64,000 nt of DNA from Candidatus Marinacidobacterales bacterium (lineage in GTDB: Bacteria; Acidobacteriota; Vicinamibacteria; Marinacidobacterales; SMYC01). The notes below the pieces were generated by a model. That model ran no database searches, was not told the DNA's origin, and saw only the letters and a list, made by a program, of their open reading frames with translations. The position numbers and the translations under genes are program-made. Positions 27,693 to 37,688 of this stretch are shown here, one piece after another. The first letter of the stretch is position 1, and every line of letters begins with the position of its first letter. The stretch spans positions 1,472,001-1,536,000 of the forward strand of contig CBDCYI010000011.1 of NCBI GenBank assembly GCA_965224085.1, read 5' to 3'.

Positions 27693-28576
27693 GCGACACC
27701 GGCTCGCCGGTGCGCGTTGGCGTCGCTGGCTGGTCTTACTCTGACTGGGAAGGCATCGTTTATCCGAAGACACCCCGTACGGACGGCCTCGTGTACCTGG
27801 CGCGCTATTTCGACACTATCGAGATCAACAGTTCCTTCTACCGCATCCCAAGCCCGAAAATGACAGCATCCTGGGCACGGCGCGCCGCCGCCAAGGCCGA
27901 TTTTCGCTTCACTCTGAAGCTGTTTCAAGGCTTCACCCACGAACGAAGCTCGGGGTCTCGAGACGAGCGAGCGTTCAAGCAGGCACTCGGCCCGCTCATC
28001 GATGCCGAGCTTCTCGGCGGCCTCCTTCTTCAGTTCCCGTGGTCGTTCAAGAACGATCCCGAGAGCCGAGACTATCTGAACAAGCTTCTCGACCGCTTTG
28101 CGGGCTATCCACTCGTGGTCGAGATCCGTCATGCGTCCTGGAACGATCGAGCGTTTTTCGACTTCCTGACACAAAGAGCTATAGCGTTGTGCAATATCGA
28201 CCAGCCGCGGATCGGCCGTTCCATCGGTCCCTCGAACCGCGCCACGGGGCCTATCGGGTACGTACGGCTCCACGGGCGGAACTACAAGGACTGGTTTCGG
28301 GAAGACGCTGGCCGCGACGCGCGCTACGACTATCTCTACAGCGAAGAGGAGCTCGTTCCGTGGATGGAGAAGATCTCCGAAGTGAGCGAGAACGCGTCCG
28401 AGACCTATGTGATTACGAACAACCACTTTCGCGGCCAAGCGGTCGTCAATGCACTTCAGATTCGCGCGCGCCTCGAGAAGCGGAAAGTTCTTGCACCCGT
28501 TTCGCTCATAGAGCACTATCCGGTATTGCACGGCGTGGCCGAGCCGGACCGCCCCGAACAACCATCCCTGTTCTAG
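27659..28576 (+). CDS. DUF72 domain protein (start uncertain)
   Basis: GVAGWSYSDW, FDTIEINSSFY, LLQFP, YVRLHGRN, YDYLYS, NNH. Confidence 0.9.
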   Translation: MDSDAQSSRELSDTGSPVRVGVAGWSYSDWEGIVYPKTPRTDGLVYLARYFDTIEINSSFYRIPSPKMTASWARRAAAKADFRFTLKLFQGFTHERSSGSRDERAFKQALGPLIDAELLGGLLLQFPWSFKNDPESRDYLNKLLDRFAGYPLVVEIRHASWNDRAFFDFLTQRAIALCNIDQPRIGRSIGPSNRATGPIGYVRLHGRNYKDWFREDAGRDARYDYLYSEEELVPWMEKISEVSENASETYVITNNHFRGQAVVNALQIRARLEKRKVLAPVSLIEHYPVLHGVAEPDRPEQPSLF

Positions 28577-28610
28577 GCTTTCTGGCTGGACCGATAGTAG
28601 TATTGATCCG

Positions 28611-29636
28611 CTACAGCACGGGAGGGGCGGCGATGTTCAAAACGTCCTTGATGACGGAGGCGGCCGTCGCGAGTGGTCCTCCTTTACTGCTGCGCACCGT
28701 GATCGTGCCCATGACGTCGGTCTCGAAGACCGCGCCTTTCTCGCCCGGCCCGAGATCGTAGAGCGGGTCCTCGGGCGCTAGGAACGCGGGCTCGGTATTC
28801 AATCGGACCGACCCGTCGGCGTCGCGCTCGCCCGTCGCGATGAGGCGGATACGGCGGCGGCGCGAGCGGGCATCATCGAGCTCTTTCTTGCCGATCGCGC
28901 CGACTCCCATGGTATTGACATCCGCGAGCGTGAGCGCCGGATCCCAGATCGCTCGATCTAGAATCAAAAGCTTGTAGGCAGCGTCCCAGCCATCGAGGTC
29001 GAGAGAAGGGTCCTCTTCGATCGTGCCTTCGATCCGCGCGCTCTCGATGGACTTCTCTAGAGAGATGCCGGATTCGAGATCGCACAATACTTGATTCGTC
29101 GTGTCGTTGAAAACACCGCGGAAGCGGCTCAGCTTCGTCCCGCGCAGCCCCAAAACGCCGACTTCCAGACTCGGAAGCGGGATCCCGACCGCGGCCGAGG
29201 CGCCAAGCCTCGCCCCGTTCGCTTGTGCGAGAGCGGATAGTTCGCCGTAGCGCGCGACGAGCGGCCCTTTGCTCGCGAAAACGACCGGGACCCCGCGCTC
29301 GAGCGCCGCGCGGGCAGGGGTGAACCCCGGCTCACCCGTCCGCGCATCCGTGATGCTCGTGTCGACGAGCACGCCTCCGGAGAGGGCGTCGAGAGCGTTA
29401 TCGAGTGCAAGCTCCCGGGCGCCTTCGATCGCGCGCACGTGGCCTTGCTTTCTCTTGGCGCTTACGAGTGCCCCTAAATCGTGGCCCTCGGTGGCCACGC
29501 CGCCGCTTCGATCGAAGATCGAGTGGATCGTCAGTCGAAAGCCTTCACGCGCATAGCCGTCGTTCTGCTGGACCAGTCGTGCTATCGACTGGCCGACATT
29601 GCCGAATCCTAGCAGCATGATCGGCACGTTCTTCAT
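28611..29636 (-). CDS. hom: Homoserine dehydrogenase
   Basis: GFGNVG, ASKGPL, FNDTTN, EEDPSLDLDGWDAAYK. Confidence 0.88.
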   Translation of the reverse strand: MKNVPIMLLGFGNVGQSIARLVQQNDGYAREGFRLTIHSIFDRSGGVATEGHDLGALVSAKRKQGHVRAIEGARELALDNALDALSGGVLVDTSITDARTGEPGFTPARAALERGVPVVFASKGPLVARYGELSALAQANGARLGASAAVGIPLPSLEVGVLGLRGTKLSRFRGVFNDTTNQVLCDLESGISLEKSIESARIEGTIEEDPSLDLDGWDAAYKLLILDRAIWDPALTLADVNTMGVGAIGKKELDDARSRRRRIRLIATGERDADGSVRLNTEPAFLAPEDPLYDLGPGEKGAVFETDVMGTITVRSSKGGPLATAASVIKDVLNIAAPPVL

Positions 29637-29637
29637 G

Positions 29638-30534
29638 TCAGGGGATCCTCTCGCTTGGCTCTTCGATCTCGAAGGTCAACGTGCACCAAAAACTCTCCCA
29701 CGATATCTGAGGATCGTCGTCCACCCGCACGAGATGAATTGAGCTCAAGTACCAAAGCCCGTCGGACGGAATCGTCACGATTGCCTTGCCGCTTCCATCC
29801 GTTTTCGTCTTGATCTCTCCGCGACGCCCTCCCGCCTTCCCGCCAAAGATCGGCATCTCGGCGAGCGGCTCGCCCTCGTATAACAGCTGAAGCTCGAGCT
29901 CTTCTCCAGGCAGGACGCGGTTCGGGTTGCGGGAAGGAACGATCTCGATCCTATGCCCTACCGGTTTCGACCATGACGGCTCCGTATCCGCATGGCTCTC
30001 TTCGGACTCCGGGTCGCCGACGCCGACGACAACATCAATCGTAGCCTTAGCCCATTTCGAGTAGCGCTCGACCGCCGCATCCGCGTTCTCGCCGAGCTCG
30101 TCGCGACGCGCGAGGATGCGCTCGAGCCCATTCTCTTCGAGATAATCTTCGAAGTCTTCTGCCTTGAGACGGACGCGACGAGGACGGGTCCCGAGAGCGA
30201 TCACGTGACTCCCAATGGCCGTCCCCTGTAAATCGAAGCTCAACGATTTCCCATCCACGCGAAAGGCGCTGATCCGCCTAGCCTCGAGCGGCCCATGAAG
30301 CACCACCGTCGTGAGACGAAGCTCGCCGATGAGCGACAAGCTCTCGGGATATTGATCTCCGCTATTGACAATGACCCGGGTAATCTCGCCGGGAGCGAGA
30401 CGATACTTCCCCACCACCAACCATAGGTCATGCGCACTGGCGGAGCTCGTCCAAAGAGCAAGAGTGCCGAGGGCATGAGCCACCAAAAACACGAATCCCC
30501 GCACCCGTCGAGCGGGTGCGGGGACAATTCGCAT
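29638..30534 (-). CDS. DUF4198 (NikM-like) secreted protein
   Basis: SAHDLWL after the signal peptide, ERYSKWAK, IEIVP..NP, TLTF. Confidence 0.8.
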   Translation of the reverse strand: MRIVPAPARRVRGFVFLVAHALGTLALWTSSASAHDLWLVVGKYRLAPGEITRVIVNSGDQYPESLSLIGELRLTTVVLHGPLEARRISAFRVDGKSLSFDLQGTAIGSHVIALGTRPRRVRLKAEDFEDYLEENGLERILARRDELGENADAAVERYSKWAKATIDVVVGVGDPESEESHADTEPSWSKPVGHRIEIVPSRNPNRVLPGEELELQLLYEGEPLAEMPIFGGKAGGRRGEIKTKTDGSGKAIVTIPSDGLWYLSSIHLVRVDDDPQISWESFWCTLTFEIEEPSERIP

Positions 30535-30545
30535 GGAAAGTCTGA

Positions 30546-31058
30546 TTAGGCCGCCGAGAAATCAGCCGTCAGTCGCGCCGTTCCCCAATCGAGAATGAGC
30601 TTGCCTTCGTCGCCGCTCCCCTCGAGCTTGATCGTCATGTTGTTGACCGGCGTATCGAGCTTGGAGATGACGCCTGTGACCTTACCGACGACGTTCGTCG
30701 GCTTGACGCTGCCAGTAAGGTCTTCCGCCACGATGAGCGTCCACTTCCTGTTCTCGTCAAAATGCGCCACGAGTTTGTAGCTCCCCTCGGGGACCACCAT
30801 ATCGCCGAACTTCAAGTCGACAGCCGTCGTGAGCGTTGTCGCTCGATCCGCGCCCATGCGCCAATAGCCTCCGGGAGGAAGCATGCTCAGCACGTCCCGA
30901 CCCTTGGATTCCGGTCCGGTGAAATCCACCTTGACTTCCCCACCCCCGATCTTCGCAGAACTGGACCCGGCCTTGTTTCCGTGACCCATCACGACCGGCG
31001 CCGCAACCATAGCGGCCACACCGAACACCAATCCCAACATCCCTAGCTTTTTCGTCAT
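30546..31058 (-). CDS. DUF2911 domain secreted protein
   Basis: P..KGR, YWRMGADRAT, GSYKL, WTLIV. Confidence 0.8.
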   Translation of the reverse strand: MTKKLGMLGLVFGVAAMVAAPVVMGHGNKAGSSSAKIGGGEVKVDFTGPESKGRDVLSMLPPGGYWRMGADRATTLTTAVDLKFGDMVVPEGSYKLVAHFDENRKWTLIVAEDLTGSVKPTNVVGKVTGVISKLDTPVNNMTIKLEGSGDEGKLILDWGTARLTADFSAA

Positions 31059-31151
31059 ATTCTCGGGCTCCGTTTCTTTCGAACGTTACGATGCCACCTT
31101 GAACAGCATCTCGATTTGCCTGGCTTGCAAGATTCTCATCTCCGAATGAGG

Positions 31152-32063
31152 TTAGAACCCGCCACTCTCCGGCGTCGCGAGCGCCGTCTCGATCGCAAGA
31201 CCAAGGGTTTCGCGAGACTGAAAGTTCACGAAGTGATTGGCGATGGTGCCTGAGCCGTTCACAAGAAACAACGTCGGAAAGATGTTCACGTTACCCAACG
31301 AGGCTCGAACGTCCTCCGTGAGGTGAAGATTCGGATAGTTCACGCCGATCTTCTTCGCATATTCCGCGCGATAGGCGTCGTCATATTTCAATTTCAGGAT
31401 CCTGTCCGCGTTGAGCCCCAGGACCGTGAATCCCTTGTCTTCGTAGGTCTCTTGAAGCGCTACGAGCTCTGGCCCAATCTTGACACATGGCGGGCAGTTC
31501 GTGAACCACACATAGACGAGCACGGCCTTGCCCGAGAATTGGCCCACGTTCATCTCTTTACCGCTATAGCTCGTGCCCGAGATAGCGGGGATACGCTTGC
31601 CTTCCCAGCCGGTGAGCGTCCGCTCGACCGCCCGGTTGAATCGCTCGTCAGCTTTCACCGCATCGATGTCGATTCTTGTGATCTCGCGGGTCTTCGGATC
31701 GCGCTCGATGAATCTCGGCACGCGAGGGTCGGATTGCATCACGCTCAAGACGACATCGGCGGCCTCGGGACCGTAGAAAGCGAATTGGCCCGCAATGTCT
31801 AGAAGAGTCGGAAGACGCCCCTGCCGATCCTCGAACTCGATGACGAAGAGCGGGATGCGAAAAAACGCACCGGTGAGCTTGTCGAGCGCGGCCCGCTCAT
31901 CGGGGGTGGTAAACACCTCGTTCCAGAGAACGGAGAGGACGAGCCGCTCGCCAGGTTTCGCGTTTTCCTTGATGTAATTAATGATGCGCCGCTCGGCATC
32001 ATGGTCCTGGGCGAAGCTTCCCGTGCTCACGACGAGCGCAAGTGAAACGATCAAAAGCCGCAT
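31152..32063 (-). CDS. TlpA family thiol-disulfide oxidoreductase
   Basis: WFTNCPPC, FPTLFLVN; signal peptide. Confidence 0.85.
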   Translation of the reverse strand: MRLLIVSLALVVSTGSFAQDHDAERRIINYIKENAKPGERLVLSVLWNEVFTTPDERAALDKLTGAFFRIPLFVIEFEDRQGRLPTLLDIAGQFAFYGPEAADVVLSVMQSDPRVPRFIERDPKTREITRIDIDAVKADERFNRAVERTLTGWEGKRIPAISGTSYSGKEMNVGQFSGKAVLVYVWFTNCPPCVKIGPELVALQETYEDKGFTVLGLNADRILKLKYDDAYRAEYAKKIGVNYPNLHLTEDVRASLGNVNIFPTLFLVNGSGTIANHFVNFQSRETLGLAIETALATPESGGF

Positions 32064-32215
32064 AGTGACTCCTTTATCATTCCTATCGTGAGCGCCATAT
32101 TAGCGACCGCGTCCCGTCCGCGCAAGCCGAGCCGATGTCCTCGCTAAAAAACACCGATTGCCCTCCTCATGGGACACTGATCGGCGTAAGTCCTTTCGTT
32201 ATACCAACCGCCGTG

Positions 32216-32230
32216 CGGCACGCGGTTTGC
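32216..32230 (+). promoter_or_regulatory. sigma54 -24/-12 promoter
   Basis: CGGCAC-GCGGT-TTGC (GG-N10-GC), about 40 bp upstream of the M48 ATG. Confidence 0.6.
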
Positions 32231-32268
32231 TCCATGGCAAGCGTAAGGACCCCTCGAAAGGAGGCGAC

Positions 32269-33348
32269 ATGCGGACGCTTCTATTACTTGATGCTCCCTC
32301 GCTCTTCGCTCGCGTTGCTAGGTTTACTTCGTTGTTCAGCTCGCTAGTGCTCGGCCTAGCGTTCCAATTCCCCTCGACGGCTGCTTTCGCGGGAGGGGTC
32401 ATCAAGCTCAATGGCTATGCCGAGTGGCGCTACGAAGAGTTCCTCATCGTCGCGGGACAGCGGGTCAAAGCCGGGAAGAGCACGCGCTTCACTGGTAAAG
32501 GCGCCGCCCGCGGCCTCGACGCCATCCCGCTCGGTTACGAGGTCAAAATCCACGGCACTCGCACTCCCGATGGAACGATCCTCGCTCGCAAAGTGGAAGC
32601 CAAGCCCAACGGCTCCGCTCTGTTCGAAGGACAGCTTCGGTCCGCCTTCGACGAGACTGAGGAGCGCTGGCGCCGCGACGGACGCGCCTTCGAGCAAGGT
32701 CAGAACCTGGGGAAGCTCCTTCGTTCCGGGCGTGACGTCGAGCGTGTCCACACAATCATCGACCGGCTGGTGCCTCCCTACCGTCGAACGTCCGAGTTTC
32801 GAGCCTACGTCATCGAGAACAGCGCGTGGAACGCGATGGCAGCACCCAACGGTTCCGTCTTCGTTTTCACCGGGCTTTTGGACGGGATGGACGACGACGA
32901 GCTCGCCATCATCCTCGGCCACGAGCTGGTCCACACGACCTATGAGCACTCTCGGCGCCAGTTCAAACGGAGCCTGTGGACGAAACTAGGGCTCGCCTCC
33001 GTGCTCGCCGTCACCGAAGGTGCATCGAGCCGCGCAGCCAACGAGTGCGAGCGACCGGGCGGAAGGAGCGACGTCGGCCCGAGCCTCTTGAGCACAGGGG
33101 CTGCGCTCGGCGCACTCGCTTTCACGAACCGATATAGCCGCCAGCACGAAGACCAGGCAGACCGCGTCGGGCTTCGCTACGCCTACGAGGCGGGCTACGA
33201 CGTGAGCAAGGCGCCCGAGCTTTGGCGAAAATTTGGGCGCAAACACGGCGGACAGCCGGAAGCGCTAAACTTCTTGTTGAGTAGTCACTCAACGGCGTCG
33301 GCGCGGGCACGCAAATTGAGGATAGAGCTCGATCGAAATTACCGCTAG
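32269..33348 (+). CDS. M48 family metalloprotease with N-terminal DUF5666-like domain
   Basis: SD AAGGAGG; NAMAAPNG, LGHELVH, YSRQHEDQAD. Confidence 0.88.
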   Translation: MRTLLLLDAPSLFARVARFTSLFSSLVLGLAFQFPSTAAFAGGVIKLNGYAEWRYEEFLIVAGQRVKAGKSTRFTGKGAARGLDAIPLGYEVKIHGTRTPDGTILARKVEAKPNGSALFEGQLRSAFDETEERWRRDGRAFEQGQNLGKLLRSGRDVERVHTIIDRLVPPYRRTSEFRAYVIENSAWNAMAAPNGSVFVFTGLLDGMDDDELAIILGHELVHTTYEHSRRQFKRSLWTKLGLASVLAVTEGASSRAANECERPGGRSDVGPSLLSTGAALGALAFTNRYSRQHEDQADRVGLRYAYEAGYDVSKAPELWRKFGRKHGGQPEALNFLLSSHSTASARARKLRIELDRNYR

Positions 33349-33502
33349 TTCCTGTGAGCGCGGCGCCAAGCACGCAGGGAAGAAAAAAAGAGTGAGCGCG
33401 CACTGAGCACCATCGACCAAACATTTCCCACAACCGAACACGAGGGCGCGGTCGGGACGCCACCCCTTCGCGACTGGCGCGGATATTTCGCAAGGGATAT
33501 CC

Positions 33503-33517
33503 TGGCACAAGGCTTGC
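33503..33517 (+). promoter_or_regulatory. sigma54 -24/-12 promoter
   Basis: TGGCAC-AAGGC-TTGC consensus match. Confidence 0.7.
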
Positions 33518-33530
33518 GAGGAAGCGACAG

Positions 33531-33609
33531 GGCGCATCCTTGCAACAAAGGATTCAGAGGACCGGCCTCTCCATTCCTGATCTCGCGGACCTTGAGAGGA
33601 GGATGCGCC
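33531..33609 (+). ncRNA. Candidate structured RNA or 5' UTR element
   Basis: 10-bp closing stem GGCGCATCCT/AGGATGCGCC enclosing hairpins AGAGG/CCTCT and TCTC/GAGA; begins at the predicted sigma54 +1. Confidence 0.35.
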
Positions 33610-33665
33610 TACTCTCCCGCCGACATGTCCAAATTGTTAGAATCTCGCCTTCAGGAGGTTATTGC

Positions 33666-34307
33666 ATGCAACTTCGCCCGGACGCATTCAGCACCGTGGT
33701 AGTCCTTTACGCGCTCGCGGCCACCCAATCCGTCGAAGCTCAGAGCCACAAGTTCAAGCTCGGAGGCGGCGCCGGCTTCGCCAGCCTTCAAGATCCAGAG
33801 CTGGACCTCGGACGGACCTTCGTCGTCGGCGGTTTTTTCGGATTGCGATTCAACGACAACTTCAGCCTCGAAACGGGTTTCAACTTGGCGCGCTCGAACC
33901 GCGTCTACGCCGAGGATGGGGTTCCTGTCGACGACGTCCCGGCCTTGCCGGCGTTTCGTTTCCAGACGAACCGCTACCAGATAGACACAACGTTTGTTTA
34001 CAACATCGGGAGGCGACAGCCGTTCCATCCCTACATTGTTGCTGGCGGCGGCTTGGTTCGCCGAGACAAAAAGCAAACCGATCTCGTGTTCGAGACGGAC
34101 GACAACGGCCAGGATATGCTCGTCTCGTCGGACGTCGTTCTCGACACGTCGGAATACGAGGCGGCCGCGCATGTCGGCATCGGCGTCGAGATCTACTTCC
34201 TCTTCAACGTTGCGGCCCGCGCCGAGTATCGTTGGTACATTCCGCAGAACTTCGACCAATCCACACGCCAGTTTTTCTTCGGTGCGACCTACTTTTTCGG
34301 AAAGTGA
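33666..34307 (+). CDS. Outer-membrane beta-barrel protein (OmpA/OmpW-like)
   Basis: SD CAGGAGG; signal peptide; amphipathic strands, PYIVAGGG, C-terminal GATYFF. Confidence 0.8.
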   Translation: MQLRPDAFSTVVVLYALAATQSVEAQSHKFKLGGGAGFASLQDPELDLGRTFVVGGFFGLRFNDNFSLETGFNLARSNRVYAEDGVPVDDVPALPAFRFQTNRYQIDTTFVYNIGRRQPFHPYIVAGGGLVRRDKKQTDLVFETDDNGQDMLVSSDVVLDTSEYEAAAHVGIGVEIYFLFNVAARAEYRWYIPQNFDQSTRQFFFGATYFFGK

Positions 34308-35377
34308 GGCGTCGGTTTCAACTTGCCCGATAGGAAACGGGCGATGCGGAGCCCATCCATCCAGTTGAAGGGAAATTTCGCCGTTGTGTAATGCCCACAC
34401 GGCAGCTCGTAAACCTCCCGCTCGATGTCCAGCTTCTCGACATCCCGCAAAAGCTGCTTCGAAAGATCTGGCGGGAACGACAGGTCGTAGCGGGCGTAGA
34501 TTAAAAGGGACGGCCGGTTCCGCTCGCGCAGTTGTTCGTAAAAACTGAACGGGCTCAGAGGCAGCCACAGGCGGCGAATCTCTTCGAGGCCAACCCCCCG
34601 TTCGAGCCCCTCTCGCACTTGCCGTGTCGAGATGCCGCGCCACACGACGTCGGCGAAGTAAGGCGAGATGTGATTGAATACGGCGGCTTCGAGCCGCGGC
34701 TCATGGGCATAGACCGCGAAAGCGATGGCTGAGCCCAGGCTGGTGCCGATGATGCCGAGCGGACCGTAGCCTTCGCGCTCGAGCCACGACGCGGCATTGC
34801 GGGCATCGAGGACCGCCTGACGGAAAGACTGAAGCGTGCGCCCGACATTCGGGCTGAGCATGAAGTCCGCGCGTGCGAGCCCTCCCGGACGACGCGCTTC
34901 GTGATAAGGCAGGGCGAGCTTGAGCGCCGTTAGCCCAAATCGGTTCAGGAGCTTGCACAACCCATCCTGAGCGCCTTCTTTCGCGTTCCAGTGAGGTAGG
35001 ACGACCACGGCCGGCCCGCCTCCGCGGTTTTCTTTCTTCGCGCTCGCCGGATAGAAACGGGCGTACACACGATCGTTTTCCAGGACACCGGTCGTCGCCG
35101 ACGACATGAAGGTGAGCACGCCGTCCAACAGTTGGATATCGCTCACGTCACCCGGCTCGAAGTAGTCCGCGCTCCTAAAAAGCGCGGTCTGCGTATGGTC
35201 GTGAAGCACGTGGCGCGCTGCTGCATCACCACTTGAGCCATTTAAAAAGCCAGGGTTCGTCCAATCGGCGAAGCTCGGGAGATATTCGGTGCCCCACTCG
35301 AAGGGCAGAACACGACGCTCACCGTCATCGCTATAGGCGAGTTTGCGCTCCCAGGCGTGAAAGAAACTTCGGATCAA
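34289..35377 (-). CDS. Alpha/beta hydrolase
   Basis: GTSLG nucleophile elbow, YDLSF, PCGHYT. Confidence 0.85.
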   Translation of the reverse strand: MIRSFFHAWERKLAYSDDGERRVLPFEWGTEYLPSFADWTNPGFLNGSSGDAAARHVLHDHTQTALFRSADYFEPGDVSDIQLLDGVLTFMSSATTGVLENDRVYARFYPASAKKENRGGGPAVVVLPHWNAKEGAQDGLCKLLNRFGLTALKLALPYHEARRPGGLARADFMLSPNVGRTLQSFRQAVLDARNAASWLEREGYGPLGIIGTSLGSAIAFAVYAHEPRLEAAVFNHISPYFADVVWRGISTRQVREGLERGVGLEEIRRLWLPLSPFSFYEQLRERNRPSLLIYARYDLSFPPDLSKQLLRDVEKLDIEREVYELPCGHYTTAKFPFNWMDGLRIARFLSGKLKPTPHFPKK

Positions 35378-35458
35378 TTTAGGGTTCGGCCAACGGTGAT
35401 CGCTGTGGCGTTTACACGCCCGACTCGCTGAAATCGCGCAGCATCTTCTGCACGTGCG

Positions 35459-36139
35459 TCAAGGGCGGGCAAATTCTTTTGCGAGTGCGTCTTGAATGAT
35501 GACGTTCTTGCCGGCGATCTCGATATAGCCTTGCTTGTTGAGATCACTTATCATTCGCGATACGGTCTCACGCGTCGCGCCAATCATGTTCGCGATCTCC
35601 TGATGCGTCGGGCGACGAAACACGACGCGGCCATCTGACTGCCGGCTTCCGTCTTCGCTCGCCATCTCGAGAAGGATACGCGCGACGCGACCATACACGT
35701 CGTGGAGCGCGAGATTGCCGATTTGTTGGTTGGCTTTGCGCAGACGCGACGAGAGCACGGAAAGAAGGTTGACGAGCACGCGCGGCCGTTTCTCGACAAT
35801 CGAGAGAAAATCCCTCTGATGGAGGACGAGGATCTCGGTTTCCGAGAGTGCGATGGCGGTGGCCGAGCGCGGCTCGTCGTCGAGAAGGCTCATCTCACCG
35901 AAGAAATCGTGCTCCGAGAGCATGGACAGGATGATCTCCCGGCCGTCATCTGAGAGGATCGTGACCTTGACACGGCCCGAGAGGATCATGAAGAGCGCTT
36001 CCCCGAGATCGTTCTCGAAAAACACCACCGCATCCTTCGGATATTTCCGGCGTGACGCGACGTTGATGAGGCTGGCCAAGTCTGCTTCTTCCAGACCTGA
36101 GAACAGCGGCACCTGACGGAAGATCTCAGTGGTTACCAT
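35459..36139 (-). CDS. Crp/Fnr family transcriptional regulator
   Basis: FFGEMSLLD..PRSA; HTH IANMIGATRETVSR. Confidence 0.95.
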   Translation of the reverse strand: MVTTEIFRQVPLFSGLEEADLASLINVASRRKYPKDAVVFFENDLGEALFMILSGRVKVTILSDDGREIILSMLSEHDFFGEMSLLDDEPRSATAIALSETEILVLHQRDFLSIVEKRPRVLVNLLSVLSSRLRKANQQIGNLALHDVYGRVARILLEMASEDGSRQSDGRVVFRRPTHQEIANMIGATRETVSRMISDLNKQGYIEIAGKNVIIQDALAKEFARP

Positions 36140-36225
36140 TTTCGGTCACCTTTCCGTTCGGTCTCTTGTATAATATTCTCCCAGTTCTTTTTGTTCTTCT
36201 TACTCCTATTGTACGCGAGTCCGGC

Positions 36226-37629
36226 TCAAGGAGCCATGTGCGCTGCGAGCACTTCGACCGCCGACACAGCCTCGGATCCGCTCACTAGATTCTGCGGACC
36301 GAAGTCCCCGCCCGCCCGAGCCATCAATAGGCCCAGCGACACCGACAGGGCGGCCGACTCATAGTGAATATTCTCCGATGACAGGTCGGGAAAATTTTGG
36401 TCGAAGCGCGACGATTCCCTCGCGAGGTCGTAAGCCGTTGGCGCAAGAATCTCGAGCGCGGCGGCAAGGCCATCGGCGAGGTCGGCGCGGCGGACGAAAG
36501 CTTGCGGTTGGAACATGTGATTCGGAAACACCTCTAGGATGCCCGTCCCCACTACATGACGGATGAACGTTTGAGCCCAGCTATCGCCGATATCCGTCGC
36601 GATCACGGGCGTCGTCTCCGGCACACCGTCATAGGCGTCTCGCAGCTCGAGATATAAGAGGGCGGCCAGCTGCTGCCGGGTCAACCGATCCGCTTCACTA
36701 ATTCCTTCATATTCCGGTGGTAAGTTCTGCTCTTGGAACTCCGCTTCGATGGCATCGAAGCGCGCCAAAACGTCCGCATCACGCGGAGAGAGCCGCGCCG
36801 CCACTCGATAGGCCTCTAGCGCTCCAGTAAGATTGGATCTTGCGTAACGGGCTTCGCCCAGGATCCGAAATGCGTCGCCGTTTTGGGGTTCGAGCTCCGT
36901 GGCGCGCTCGGCGTGCGCCACGGCCTGCGCGTGCAAGCCGGCGGCACGGGCGGACTCCGCGGCTTCGATGTAGAGCCCACCGACCTCAGGGGCGACTTCG
37001 AGCGCGCGCGCATAGGCGGAAGCGGCCTCCTCGTTGCGGCCTCGTTCCATCAACTCCCGTGCCGTACCGAGCCGAGCCTCGGCTACGTTTATCTGCAAGG
37101 TGGAAGCGTAGCGTTCGATGAGCGGATGATCGGGAGAGGCTTCTTGAACACGCAGCAGCCGCGCATAAGCCTGCTCCTCGTTTCCCGCCGCGAGCGCCGT
37201 GAGGAAGTAGCCGCTCTCTGCCGGCCCAAATCCTGAATGCTCCGCCAGCGCGGTGCGGAAATATCGCTCCGACGCAGGCCAGCGACCGAGGCGCAGCTCG
37301 AGAAATCCGAGCGCCGTGGTGACCTCTGGGCTGCGGCCATATTTTCGACCCAGCCGCGAAAGGTTGGACTCCGCGGACTCAAGGTCTCCTTGCTGAAGCG
37401 CACTCCAGCCATCTTCGAAGCGCCGCCGTTCGCCGTCCGAAAGGCTTTCCGGAGGCGCCAGCGTCATTTGCTGGACGACGTTCCAAGAAGGGACAGTGGC
37501 AGGAGTGAAAACCCGCGTCGGGGCGCAGCCGACCATCACGACAACAACAACGAACGCAGATGCCTCAAGGCCTCTACTCACAAAATTCGTGCGCCCTTTC
37601 GGTGCGCCCCGTCCCGCATATCCGGGCAC
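36226..37629 (-). CDS. TPR lipoprotein with C-terminal SLH-like domain (start uncertain)
   Basis: VGC lipobox, TPR helices, DIGDSWA...FQPQAFVRRADLA. Confidence 0.75.
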   Translation of the reverse strand: MPGYAGRGAPKGRTNFVSRGLEASAFVVVVVMVGCAPTRVFTPATVPSWNVVQQMTLAPPESLSDGERRRFEDGWSALQQGDLESAESNLSRLGRKYGRSPEVTTALGFLELRLGRWPASERYFRTALAEHSGFGPAESGYFLTALAAGNEEQAYARLLRVQEASPDHPLIERYASTLQINVAEARLGTARELMERGRNEEAASAYARALEVAPEVGGLYIEAAESARAAGLHAQAVAHAERATELEPQNGDAFRILGEARYARSNLTGALEAYRVAARLSPRDADVLARFDAIEAEFQEQNLPPEYEGISEADRLTRQQLAALLYLELRDAYDGVPETTPVIATDIGDSWAQTFIRHVVGTGILEVFPNHMFQPQAFVRRADLADGLAAALEILAPTAYDLARESSRFDQNFPDLSSENIHYESAALSVSLGLLMARAGGDFGPQNLVSGSEAVSAVEVLAAHMAP

Positions 37630-37688
37630 AATCCTTGCAAGTTGAACTCCATACTACCTTTGCGCCGAACCTAAGTCAAGAAATGAAA

